A stretch of DNA of 63,904 bases, counting the filler. It is 11 parts of 11 records of this genome, joined end to end, with 100 filler letters (N's around TTAATTAATTAA, not from the genome) between each part and the next. Parts side by side here need not be neighbours in the genome. Positions count along the whole stretch, not along the records: positions 1 to 14,281 come from SRR9670534_896; 10 more parts are not named here. One strand, given 5' to 3'. The notes under the pieces are model-generated. The model was not told the origin of the DNA. It did no database searches and saw only the letters and a program-made list of their open reading frames with translations. The position numbers were made by a program, and so were the translations under genes. This document shows positions 1-11,500 of the stretch, piece by piece (the first letter of the stretch is position 1; each line of letters starts with the position of its first letter).

Positions 1-247
1 TATGTAACTCCACCCATTTTACGTACTTTCATACAAATACTTGTGTGATGCATGTAATCATACAACAAGCATAGTATTCACTACTTGCGTAATATTACAA
101 TACCTATATTAATAAAGTAGGCTATAAATACATATTTTTAATATTACAAATTAATAAATTATAGTAATTATTAATGCAGTCATTATTTATCAATGACGAA
201 CATTGACAAGAACCAATACTATTTTTTGTATATTTGGAGTCACATAC

Positions 248-2930
248 CAATTGGACTCATTTTGAACATAGCCATACCATTCGCTATGATTAGTGAAATT
301 GTAGCCAATAACATCAGCAACACACTTGTTCCTAAGGCATCCCATATATATTTGCAAACCCACTAAGGCAAAAACTGCTAAGATAAAGCTTGTTAGAATC
401 ATGACGTCCGATAATCTTTTAACAGATTGAATTAGTGCGTCAATGATAGCTTTTAGTCCTAAACAAATTCAATAAATGTGTTCTCATAGATTTATTTGCA
501 TATGATAATTAGTATTTACAATCTTATAATACAACGTAAAGTGGCTGCTAACTAAATTTACCTGGAATAATTGCAACAGTTTTGAGAGCACGTAAAACCC
601 TAAAAGTCCTCAAAGCACTAAGGTTGCCTAAATCTATAAACTCTGTTGCATATCTAATGTAGAAAAAGATAATTAGTGCAAGTTTGTGTACTAATTGATT
701 TTAACCAAATAATACGTACGCTAATAGGATTACAGCAAAATCAAGCCAATTCCAGGGGTCTCTAAGGTAAGTAAATACTTCCAAAATAAAACCACGTGCT
801 GTTATCTTAATCAGGCATTCTAGTGTATATATTGATGTAAATACATATCTAAACATAAACAAAATGTTATTACTTAGTAAATTATTAAATATTAGCATTA
901 ATAATTAAATATCTATTAATAATAAAATGTTATTTGACAATTGTTTAAAATTTTTTAAAGATAATTCAAATTGTTGTAATGCTAAATACAAACTAAATTA
1001 ATCATAATGATTTACATATTATTTTATCAATTATTATATATTATTGTTACATATTTATTGCATACCTATATATTTTCACTAATATGTATGTTTGTTATAA
1101 ACTGATATCATATTGATAGCAAAATATCAATATGTATAATATAAAAGTTATAAATATAATATAAAAAGTATAATTTCGATATTATATACATATTGATATA
1201 TTAATTATTATTAATAATGAATAATACTCTGAATAAGGTACTGGTTCATTAAGTGTCATCATAACGCAGTTGGCAAGAATGGTTATAATGACCAAAACGC
1301 TGAACCACGCTTGAACCAAAATATACATTGCTGCTCGACGGATTGGATTGAGAGGATGTAAAATCCATAAGGCATTAGTGGCACTGAACCTGAAGATTGT
1401 TTTATCCTTTGCTACAACCACTAAGGTCTACAAAGTAAACACAATTTACTACCAAGCATTAGAAAACATACCAAATAATTTTCCACTGAGAATTCATACT
1501 TGAAAAACTATTACTTTTGTTGCTACCCCAAGTATTCTTATTATTACGACATATTACAACTAACTTTGTTACGCCAAAAACAAATTACGTTTCATAATAA
1601 CTTATTGAAGTAGTTTACCATCATGTTCCTATAAAATGAGTCCAACTCAACAATAGGTCGTGTCGTTAATTCTTCTGGAAATTGTTCAATTAAATTTGGG
1701 GGTAATTTTTTGCCCACTTCAAAGTCTGTGTTAGGCTTAGGTTTCTCCTCTTCTTCTGTTTCTTCAGCAGCAGTTTCAGGCTTTCTTTTACGTTTCTTTT
1801 TAAGTTCCTTTGCTTTTTTCTTTTTCTCCTTTTTACTTTTGATGAATTCTAATGTGTTGACAAGTTATACATAATAATACTAAATCCACGCAATGATATA
1901 CAGCAATGTAATGTGTAACTTATAACTTATTGGTACATCATGGTGTGATTTACATATATATTACATAATAATATATTTTACAGATAGTTGCTGCTGATTA
2001 ATAAAAAAATATTGGCATTATAATGCTATACAGAAGCATACCATTAATAATAATAAGTATGTTGAGTAGTGTATTAATAGTGTAATAGCTGCATTAGAGG
2101 CGTACTAATTATAGTATAGTACTATTATAATATAGTATATATACTAGTATATATAGTATATAGTACTAGTATATATACTATTATTGTAGTATGATAATTA
2201 TCGTCACTTAGTCACTGTATTAATTGCATACTGTAATAATTTCTACTATATAGTATTACTACTACTACTAATAGTATAGTGTACTAGTATACTTATTAAT
2301 CTAACTTCAATTGAATAGGGTATTATACTATTATACTATACAATACATCATACTGATATGGTATAATATCTAAGGATCTGCTATATAATTATAATAATAT
2401 ACAGTGTTGCATGTAGCAGAGAATTGTATATCAAAGTATAGCAAATGTATTATTATTCACACTATGTATTCAAATATCAAATATACAACAGTACTAATAA
2501 TAGCAACTTCTATAACAAAATAGCCTACTGTGCAAATGTAGGTCACTAGACTATTATTAATGATAATAAGAATAAGAATAATGATATTGATAAATTATTG
2601 CATATGAACGCTAATTATAAAGCACTTTAAAACATATATTACTAATAAGCGTAACAATAAATGACAGACAAGGCCCGAGGCAAAATAGCCTTGTGCTTGG
2701 GCTCATCATCAATAACATTAGTATAGTAAGTTATTACAATCAGCATTTACAATATTAACAGAGTATGGCTCCTTACCATTGCGTCTTAATTTCAACTTAA
2801 GCACATGCTCTCTGGTAAGTGGAGCAAAAGTAATGATATCTTCCTGCACTTGCTGACGCTCTCGAAGGTAACGAAATGAATCACCTAGTTCATCCACAGG
2901 AATAGAACTTGCTCCGCTAAGGGCACTCAT
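248..2930 (-). CDS. Voltage-gated sodium channel alpha subunit, 5' part (N-terminus and domain I S1-S5); continues beyond window start
   Basis: GT-AG exons in frame: 2930-2777, 1848-1619, 1427-1228, 848-720, 653-562, 458-~248. Translation contains Nav hallmarks [42 protein letters not shown]4 [16 protein letters not shown] and [12 protein letters not shown]. Pore residues are absent, so Nav1 vs Nav2 cannot be called. Confidence 0.95.
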
Positions 2931-5321
2931 AGGTCTGGTAACAACTCTAAAAAAGACAAAGGGAAAGTGACTATAAAAAGTAAACCGAATCAGGATTAAA
3001 TTATTGCAGAATCTATTAGTCCAGCAGCAATTGTCAGTCAACATCAATACATAGAACGAACAATTTGGTACAACCCAGCAGTGCAGTTATTTAGCTGGAA
3101 TAATTTAATTTTTTCTTTCTAAGTACGCTAATAGATCTCTGCACCATTTGGTCAAGTTTGTTAAAGGACAAAATCTCAATTTTTCATAAATTTATACAAA
3201 AAAGAGTAACACATTTGCTTTCCCAGTTGGTGTAGACCAACCAGTGAAAACCTGTTTGTGTGTTGTGTTTAAAAATGCAATTTTGGCTAGAACTTATTAT
3301 AGTGACTGGAGACAAGAGTTGCTTGTATACTTTTCATAGATATTCTGGCTACATTAGAAAATCCCACTTGGACTATACTTTCAAGCAATAATCAAATAAT
3401 AGGGTTACAAGTCATGGGAATTAAACTATTCTTACAAAGTACAACTGTTTATCATAATCATCATCATCATGATCATTACCATCATTCCATTTACTTTCTA
3501 CAGTTACCTCGGGTAATTCTCAAAAAGAGATCATAATCAACATGCTAGTAGGATGGTGCTACTATCTCAACACATTTGAATACGCCCACCCAATTTTGCA
3601 AATGTGCAGTAATGTCGCTTCGCACGCTTCATTCTTACTTGTTTATCATTACATAGAGTATTAAGACAATTGATAAAATTAAAAATAGCTAAATGCCATT
3701 ACGTCTTTTAGGGTTATAGTTAGTTGTTAGAGTTCTATTATCTTACAATGAAATAGTCTTTAATTAATTTTGTAAAATTTGTTAAAAAATTTAAAATTTA
3801 CATAGAATCATATATAGCATAACTTTTACAGATATTTTATAATTTCAACAATTATGATTTGAAAAGACCAACATAGTTAACACTTTACAATAATACAATT
3901 TACCCTATAATTAAATTTGTAGGAGTAATTACCTATAAGCAGGTTTTGCATGTTTCTTCTTCTTATTCACCTTATCAGAAATTGTCTTACATTTATGTCT
4001 CACGTGGACATTCATGGTCTTCTACTTTTAGATCTAATAATTATACACAATGAAATATGTAAAAAATAGCTGCAACTTGGAGTGTCATTACTACCACCAC
4101 TATAATTATCAAAGCAAATGCCACTAATATAGTTCTTTCGCATAGATAATCGACGGGATTACAATATATACATACATAATGTTTCTATCAAAGGTTGGCT
4201 GAGGGTATCAGTTTCTGCATTTTGCTACATATATTAGACAAAAAAACATAGTTACATACACTAGGGAATAAAAATGTCGTTTGCACGCTGTACAGTCTCG
4301 TACGAAACAAAACAAGTCTCAAATGAATCACTCTTCCTTCCTTAGCTATGGGAAAGAAGAATAAATGAAGGAACTTGAAGCAACCAGACATTTGGTAGAA
4401 CTTGGTGCTTCAAGTAAGGAAGCAATTTAGGGGGCAAGTTTGCTTACTTAATAAAAGCAACACAGAGGGTGCTGCTATGGCGATTATTTCTATTATCTGA
4501 TTATATTGTTGCTACAGAAGCAACCAACATAGAAACACACAAATAAAACTTCCTACTAAGAGTAGTCACTCACATCAAATCACATTATATATCATTTACA
4601 TGTATTATTATTTCGTAAGGATCTAGCCAAAAATAATTCGTACAAATACTACAATCTTTGAAGCCAATCAATAAGTTTGCTAGGCTTTGGTATTTAATCT
4701 ACCAATGATATGCTGATACTTAATATAAAAGTCACTTGGGTAATTTTTCGGACTGTCAGATTTGTTTTGGCCATCAAAGAAGCTCATACCAGACTTGGTT
4801 ACATTCACTGGTTGCATGCCTCCATACTTCTAGTGTAACTAGCACTTGCTATTATTAATCAGTTTTTTGTTCTTCATCGTGGCTTTTGGTTCTAATGGAG
4901 GGATGCATTTTGACATATGAAAGTCTGTATCTACAGCATTTACAAAAGTCGGCAAGATGTCACTACTGTTAGAACCGATGACTCATTTCTACCTGCCAAT
5001 AGCAATTTGAAGAAAAGATTAGTCAAAGCTATTGTCCAAGTTGCCAGATAGATGTTGAATATTGTAATATTCATGTAACAGTTGCAGTCTTTTATCTTGT
5101 CAAATAACATTAATCAGATTCATTAATTTAATAAGTATACCTACTATAGGAATTATCATAAATATTGGTATTGATAGTATACCTGTTTTCAGTCCAATCT
5201 CGGGTTATTGTTTTATCTTGTTATTCTTCAATTATGATAGTAGCATTATTATTAACTGTCGACTTGTTTTTGTAAATTTTGTAGATTTTTCAATCAAATG
5301 TAATGATCCTTTTGAGTCCCT

Positions 5322-7417
5322 ATGGATCAAAGTACTTGTGCTGGTGCTCTGCTAATTATTTTGTCAGTTTGCTGTTTTTGCATTTTATTTATCCCACTAC
5401 AGATTACCTTAAACTATAGTAGTAGACTGCAAAAGAATCAACTTGTAGATATTAACGCATTTTTAACGAATGGGAAACTAATAAATGTGTATTTGAACAC
5501 TTCAATGCAATTACCTGTGGATAAAGAATTGATCATAATAATTCATTCAGCTGTTCAAAATTTTAAAAATAGAGAAGCCTATAGAACATTTTTTATTAAT
5601 TGGAATAAAAAATATAATCCTGAATGGAAAATTATTCATCATTTTATAATTGGGAAGACCAAAGTTGACAAATTAAATGAGAAACTTGAAGCCGAGTTAA
5701 AACAGTGCAAGGTTTATGTTATTCTGTAGAATGTTATAACAATACTATCAATATCTCATGACATACCTTTGTGCTCCTTTTCTTATTATTATGTGTAATT
5801 ATTATTATTATATGTTGCATTATAATCATTATGATAATATAAGTATGTGTAATAAGTAGGTTGCACAAAAAATAACTCATGTGATATAAGCTTATTGTTC
5901 CGGATTCCTTCAGGAATCTTGGTTGGATTCTGATCGAAATCCTGCAGGATTCCTGGCAGGCTGACCACTGGTCAGTGACCAGGTCGGATGTTCCAATAGG
6001 GATAAAATAAGCTCGCAAAAAATGCAACATATAAATGGTAGTTAATGACTTTAGTTAATATTATTTAATAAAATAGTAAATGTAATTATGATTATAACAT
6101 ATAAAGTAATATCGTTATAAAATGTCTGTTAATGTGGCATTTTAATGTTAATAAAGAAATTTTAAATATCTATTAAACTTTTAATAAACAGTAAATAATT
6201 AAATATTTGTATCTAAAATTTATTAAACTTTATTTAAAAATTGTTAAGATTTATATTTAAAAATCATTTACAATGTTGATAATCAAGTTTAATTCAAAAT
6301 TTTAATTTTAATAATAAAATGTTTATAATATACCTAATCATTACTATAGAAAAGCATCATTTTAAGTATCAACAAAGTTACAAAATGCTAATTATAAAAT
6401 AATATTATAGTACTATAAAGCACATATCAGCAAAATGTATAATTTGTTATTATCAGTACAATTACAAAATATGAATGATCTATTACAATATATAGGCCTC
6501 TATCTCCCATAAAATATTCATACCAATGGTACCATACATTAATTGGATATTGTTAATAATAATAATTATATTTAAATATATCATAGCTAAGGTTTGAAAA
6601 ATTCACTAAAGTTAAAAATTAGCATGTAGGCTACTTGATGTAACTTGAAGTATTTTATGTATTTGATGTATTTTTATATACGTATTGATGCATTATATGA
6701 ATATGAATATTGATGCAATATGATGAAATTTAATGTGTTTTTACTTGCTTTCATTTTCAGGATCTAGTAATTGGAAACTATATTGATTCTTACAGGAATT
6801 TAACAATCAAAGCATTGAATAGTTTTAAATTTTTGCAAAATAATTACAGTCTATCAAATGAAACAGAGAAATTTGTGTTAAAGCTTGATGATGACGTTTT
6901 CATTAATCCTTCAATTGCATTTGAAGAAATATTGCCAAACCTAGCCAATGATACAAAAAATTACCCAATTATTTGTGAAGAAATGGTAGGATCACAACCA
7001 GAAAGAAAAAAAATGGGGAAATGGTTTGTTCCTAGAACTGTATACAATGGCACATTGTATCCAAATTATTGTACAGGAACTGCTGTTCTTATGACATTAA
7101 GAGTTGTTTCAAGACTTTTGGAAGCTTCATTTTCAAATAAAGAACAATTTTGGATAGACGATGTTTACATTTATGGAATTGTTAGAGACCAAATAAACTC
7201 TCCCAAAGTTAGAATTGTTCCTATGAATCAATACACAATTGACAGGAGAAAATACAAAAAGAAGAAAAAGCAAAAGTATCCTAATTATTTAAACAATGAG
7301 CTATTATTTGTGACAGAATTTTTGGTTAGAAACTGGCGAACTAAAAGAATATTTGCTGCATATGAAGTAAAAAATCCAAATTTGCTAAAGAAAGTCTTGA
7401 TGAAAACTTTGAAATAA
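5322..7417 (+). CDS. Beta-1,3-galactosyltransferase-like, GT31 family, type II membrane protein
   Basis: Exons 5322-5711 and 6761-7417 join in frame (CK|DLVIGNYIDSYRNLTIK). N-terminal TM anchor, plus IIIHSA..N..NREAYR, FVLKLDDDVFIN (DxD), WFVP..YPNYCTG and IDDVYIYG motifs typical of Galactosyl_T. Confidence 0.9.
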
Positions 7418-8065
7418 TTTTCCAGCCATTTTGGTATATCAAATTTTATGTAATTCTGAATGATGGCAATGGCGACATCTGCTTCAAGTAACAAATGTGC
7501 TTTTATACAGGCTTTTGGTGACACCTGTTTTCGCAACAAAAATAAAACTATTTCCCCTGCAACATGGGGCCCATGTGGAGATATCCCAAATAGTCTGAGG
7601 ACATAAATTATGGATTGATAAACAGATAGGCCTAATGATAGCGTGAAAATTACAGCAGCTCTTTGTAGTTTTGCCAAAACTTACACAGCTATATAATAAA
7701 TATAGGTTTTGTTTTGTTGTTATTATAGGCATTGTGTCTTTCAAAGTAACAATAATAAGCACATACGTTACATTATTATTAATAATTGCTATTTAATTAA
7801 ATTGATAATTGTCAAAACAGTATAAATGAAACATGAGCCTTTTATCAATGCAAACATGCAAAGAGGAAAGAACTGCTAATTATGATACTTGTATATAAAT
7901 ACATGTCATGGTAAAGAGATCAATGCTATACTTATTTATACAAAGAACCAGTTTCATTCTATTGATTCACTATTTCTCTCTTGTTTGTGTCAACACAGTA
8001 AATGTACACTGTACAAAAAGCAATTTTCTTTACTATTTGAATCTAGAAATTTACTAGTTATTAAA

Positions 8066-8359
8066 ATGAATTCCTTGTTAAATGGAACTGATTTTAATAA
8101 AGAATTGATTGAAGATGACAAACATTATGACACAAGTTTTCTATGCATTTTGGCAATTATTGTATTCTATGCATTCCTTGTAATAGGACTAATGATTAGG
8201 CATTTTATTAATAAGAAGGGTTTTAATATGGCAAAAGAGAAGATAAAATTTTATGATTGGTTCCTACGACAACGGATAGCAGATCCTGGAATTGCTGCAA
8301 AGCTTATGCAAGTAGTCAAGGGCAGAAACAGCAATGAAGATAATCTTGCTACGATCTAA
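8066..8359 (+). CDS. Small single-pass membrane protein (97 aa), KCNE/MinK-like
   Basis: ATG at 8066 follows a possible 5'UTR acceptor (tctag). It has an N-terminal NGT sequon, one hydrophobic helix FLCILAIIVFYAFLVIGLMI, then RHFINKK..EKIKFYDWFL. The architecture resembles KCNE; the family call is by eye. Confidence 0.6.
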   Translation: MNSLLNGTDFNKELIEDDKHYDTSFLCILAIIVFYAFLVIGLMIRHFINKKGFNMAKEKIKFYDWFLRQRIADPGIAAKLMQVVKGRNSNEDNLATI

Positions 8360-8564
8360 ACCATTATTATATTAATAACATTTTATGATTTATATTTGAA
8401 AATTGTATAGCTAGAAATAGTTTCTTATTAATTAGAGCAATAAAGCCAGCATGTATTTTCATTAACAAAAGATTGTGAATTACAATGATGCATGTGAATA
8501 CAACATGTAAATGGGTATTTGCATGCAATTGCCATACACAACTACAAGCACATTAGGAGGCTAT

Positions 8565-8578
8565 ATCACCTTGGTAAC
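8565..8578 (+). promoter_or_regulatory. RFX X-box (ATCACCTTGGTAAC) immediately upstream of VWA3B
   Basis: Exact fit to the RTHNYY-WT-RRNRAC X-box consensus, ending 14 nt before the predicted ATG (8593) of a cilia-associated gene. Confidence 0.7.
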
Positions 8579-8592
8579 GGTCGTTGACTAAT

Positions 8593-11500
8593 ATGGCGAC
8601 GTTTATGAACTCTTTAAGGTATTTTAACCGTAAGTAATTTATTAAGCAACAATAATGCTCAAAGTCAAAACATGAAAGCTCTTGATGAAACAGAAGCTCA
8701 AATTTTAGATCCTAACAATATTTTTGCAAAAACTAGCAGTATGTATAGTTTTCATTATTAATAATAATAAATCGTATTTGATTATAATTATAATTATGAT
8801 AAGTGAATAAAACTTAATTTAGTTGATGTAAAATTTGACTTGAGAAAAGCTAAAGAAAAAATTCCAACTGGTGCAGCTGATCTTCATCCACCAGACATTA
8901 GCTATGTCCCTGAAGTTAGCTTGGAAAGAACTCCATCTCATGAATGGGTTTTGGATGTAACAGGCCTTATTTCTAGTGATAAGTGGCTTAGACAGTATGG
9001 ATTAAGAAAAAATAAACTCACATTGGAACAAATACTCCCAGCAATTGGCTTTAAACATGCTTTCGATTATGATTCAGGCCTTAAGAGACCCATTTCTTCC
9101 AGATATGGTGAAGGGCTGTTTACAAGATATTTACGGAAAAAAGACGGCAAAACATTTAATGTAAGAAAGAAATAACTTATTGATTGCCGTAAGCAAGTAG
9201 GTAGCTACTGTATTTGCAAAAAAATTGTTATGGCATGTCTTGCATTATTATCCAGTATATATTATTTAATATTAAATTTAATAAGAATTATTAATAAACA
9301 AAATTAACAATAAATAAATATAAAATAGTCAGTCTTTGTATTTACCTTTTTATTATCTAATATTACAATTCAGTTAGATGTACATACTCTGGATCATTCA
9401 TATGAGTTATGTGCATACTGGCTCATACATATGTATTTATATTAGCTATGTATGTATATAACTATAGTTACGTATATAACTATAGAATGTATATACCAAA
9501 TTATAGTTATGATAATTATAGCTTTAATTATGATAATTATAAACATAATAAACATTATGTATAAATATTAATATTGTTTTTTCAAATTAAAATTAAAGTA
9601 ATAGAGATGAATAGTTGTTCAAATGTTTTTTTAATAAAATAGACAGTATAATAATATTATATTAGTAATATTATAATAGTGATAATGCTCACTATATTGA
9701 AATATTTTAAAATTATATCTTATAATACTTAACTAATACCCTGGTAACTTTATTACTATATATAATAACTAGTATCAATGACAATTTTATGACTATTTAT
9801 TGTGATGAAAGACATTGCCTAGATTACCTGTAATAAAGAAAGACTAAAAAATATTGAACAAAGACTTAGAGATGCAGTTAGTCTTTACAAAAAAAGATTA
9901 GAATGGTTATCAAGTGAAAGTCGAAGAATTGCCGGAGTCATGGAAGAACATATATTGACAATCGTATTAGATATTGGAGTAGTTTCTGAAAAAGAATTTA
10001 ACATTTTCAGACAAGCTGTTGAAAGGGTTTTAAGAGAACAAGTTTGTCAGAAAGCAAAATTTAATGTTATCAAGTAAGTCTGCCCATATTATTAATAATA
10101 ATAATAACCCTATCAAGAATATTGGTTATCAAATAGTTACAAACTTGTGTATAATTGGTATTTGCCATTGATTAGGGTTGGTGCAGATGCAAAAATGTTA
10201 TACTCAGAAACTGTCCCTGTCAGTGAAAAATCAATACAACAAGCAATCGATTGGATATGGAGCTTTGATAGATTAGCATCTCATAATTTTACAGGAACAT
10301 GTGAAGCTATGATGAAGGCAATGCAAGATCCTACAGTATGTAATTCTTTGGCTCTAGAAAGGGCGACATCTTCTTGACAAATATTCATTTTAGAACGACG
10401 CAATATATTTGGTAACACACAGCAAAGCATCAACGGGTTGTAGGGAGATCTTGTTGCAAAAAATTAGAGCCTTAGGAAGAGTTCCTATAAATGTTTTGTC
10501 ATTTAATTGTCATGACAGAGATTGTTTAGCATATTTATGTGACATTTCCAAAAATACTGGTGGAAAGTGAGTTTTTTATGCCAAATTAGCAAGTGCATCA
10601 TGTTGAATTAAACCTAGATTTCACGCTTATGCAGTCAATTGTGAAATTGATACCTATGAACCGAAAGATGGTAGTGAAGAATATAAAAATATTGTTCTAA
10701 GCAAAAAGCAATATGGCGGCATTCCTGAAGGAGGCGGGGTTAGAGATGATGTTTTAAAGGTATTCAACGAATTGGAAGAGGCTAGGAATGTCTTAGCTGA
10801 AGTTCAGGCATTGCTACGTGAAATACCTGATGGAGATCAAAGACGTATGTTACCCAATTAGGCCTATTGGTCTTATTAACATAGTAGTTATTTTTATTAA
10901 TATCAAATTATAGTTTGATTTAAAAAGTAATTATTATAATATATTATTGAAATATTGGCAATATCTATTAGATTTAGTAATAGTTCTAAAGTAATTTTTC
11001 TAATTATTAAATAGGATTAATTAATAACAATAATAAAATGAGCATTATCTTGCATACAGGAGCTTTACAAGGAAGAGAAGGTATATGTTGTACCCATTTT
11101 ATTACAATATCATAAATTAATACTAATATTAATAATTAATAATTAATATTATTAATATTATGTAAATTATTATGATTAATAATATTATGATTAAATGGAA
11201 GCATATGTGTACAATAACGTTTTCTAAACAGAACAAAAAACTATCAATAAAAAGTCATCCATTTCAAATGATTCTAAATGTCAAAAGCGAAATCCCAATA
11301 GAATTTCTACAGGTTGCAGTAATGCATGACCATATTTATTGCAATGTACAGTTTAGCAAAGCATGCATTTGCGTGCCTTTTCCCTATATATTACAATACA
11401 AAACAATTTCATGTTTCATGAGAACTTTCATTTTTAGTGAAGGCTTTTTTGCCATTGGTAAGCAAAGAAGAAGCAATTGATAAGTTGGATAAGCCAGAAC

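Noticed and set aside
4188..5060. Less AT-rich stretch with short ORFs upstream of Nav
   Set aside because: No frame gives a recognisable protein or consistent splice chain. Probably UTR/regulatory or decayed repeat.
7285..7762. Antisense ORFs overlapping the GT31 3' end
   Set aside because: The longer one has no ATG and is partly a shadow of the real CDS. No convincing homology or splice signals.
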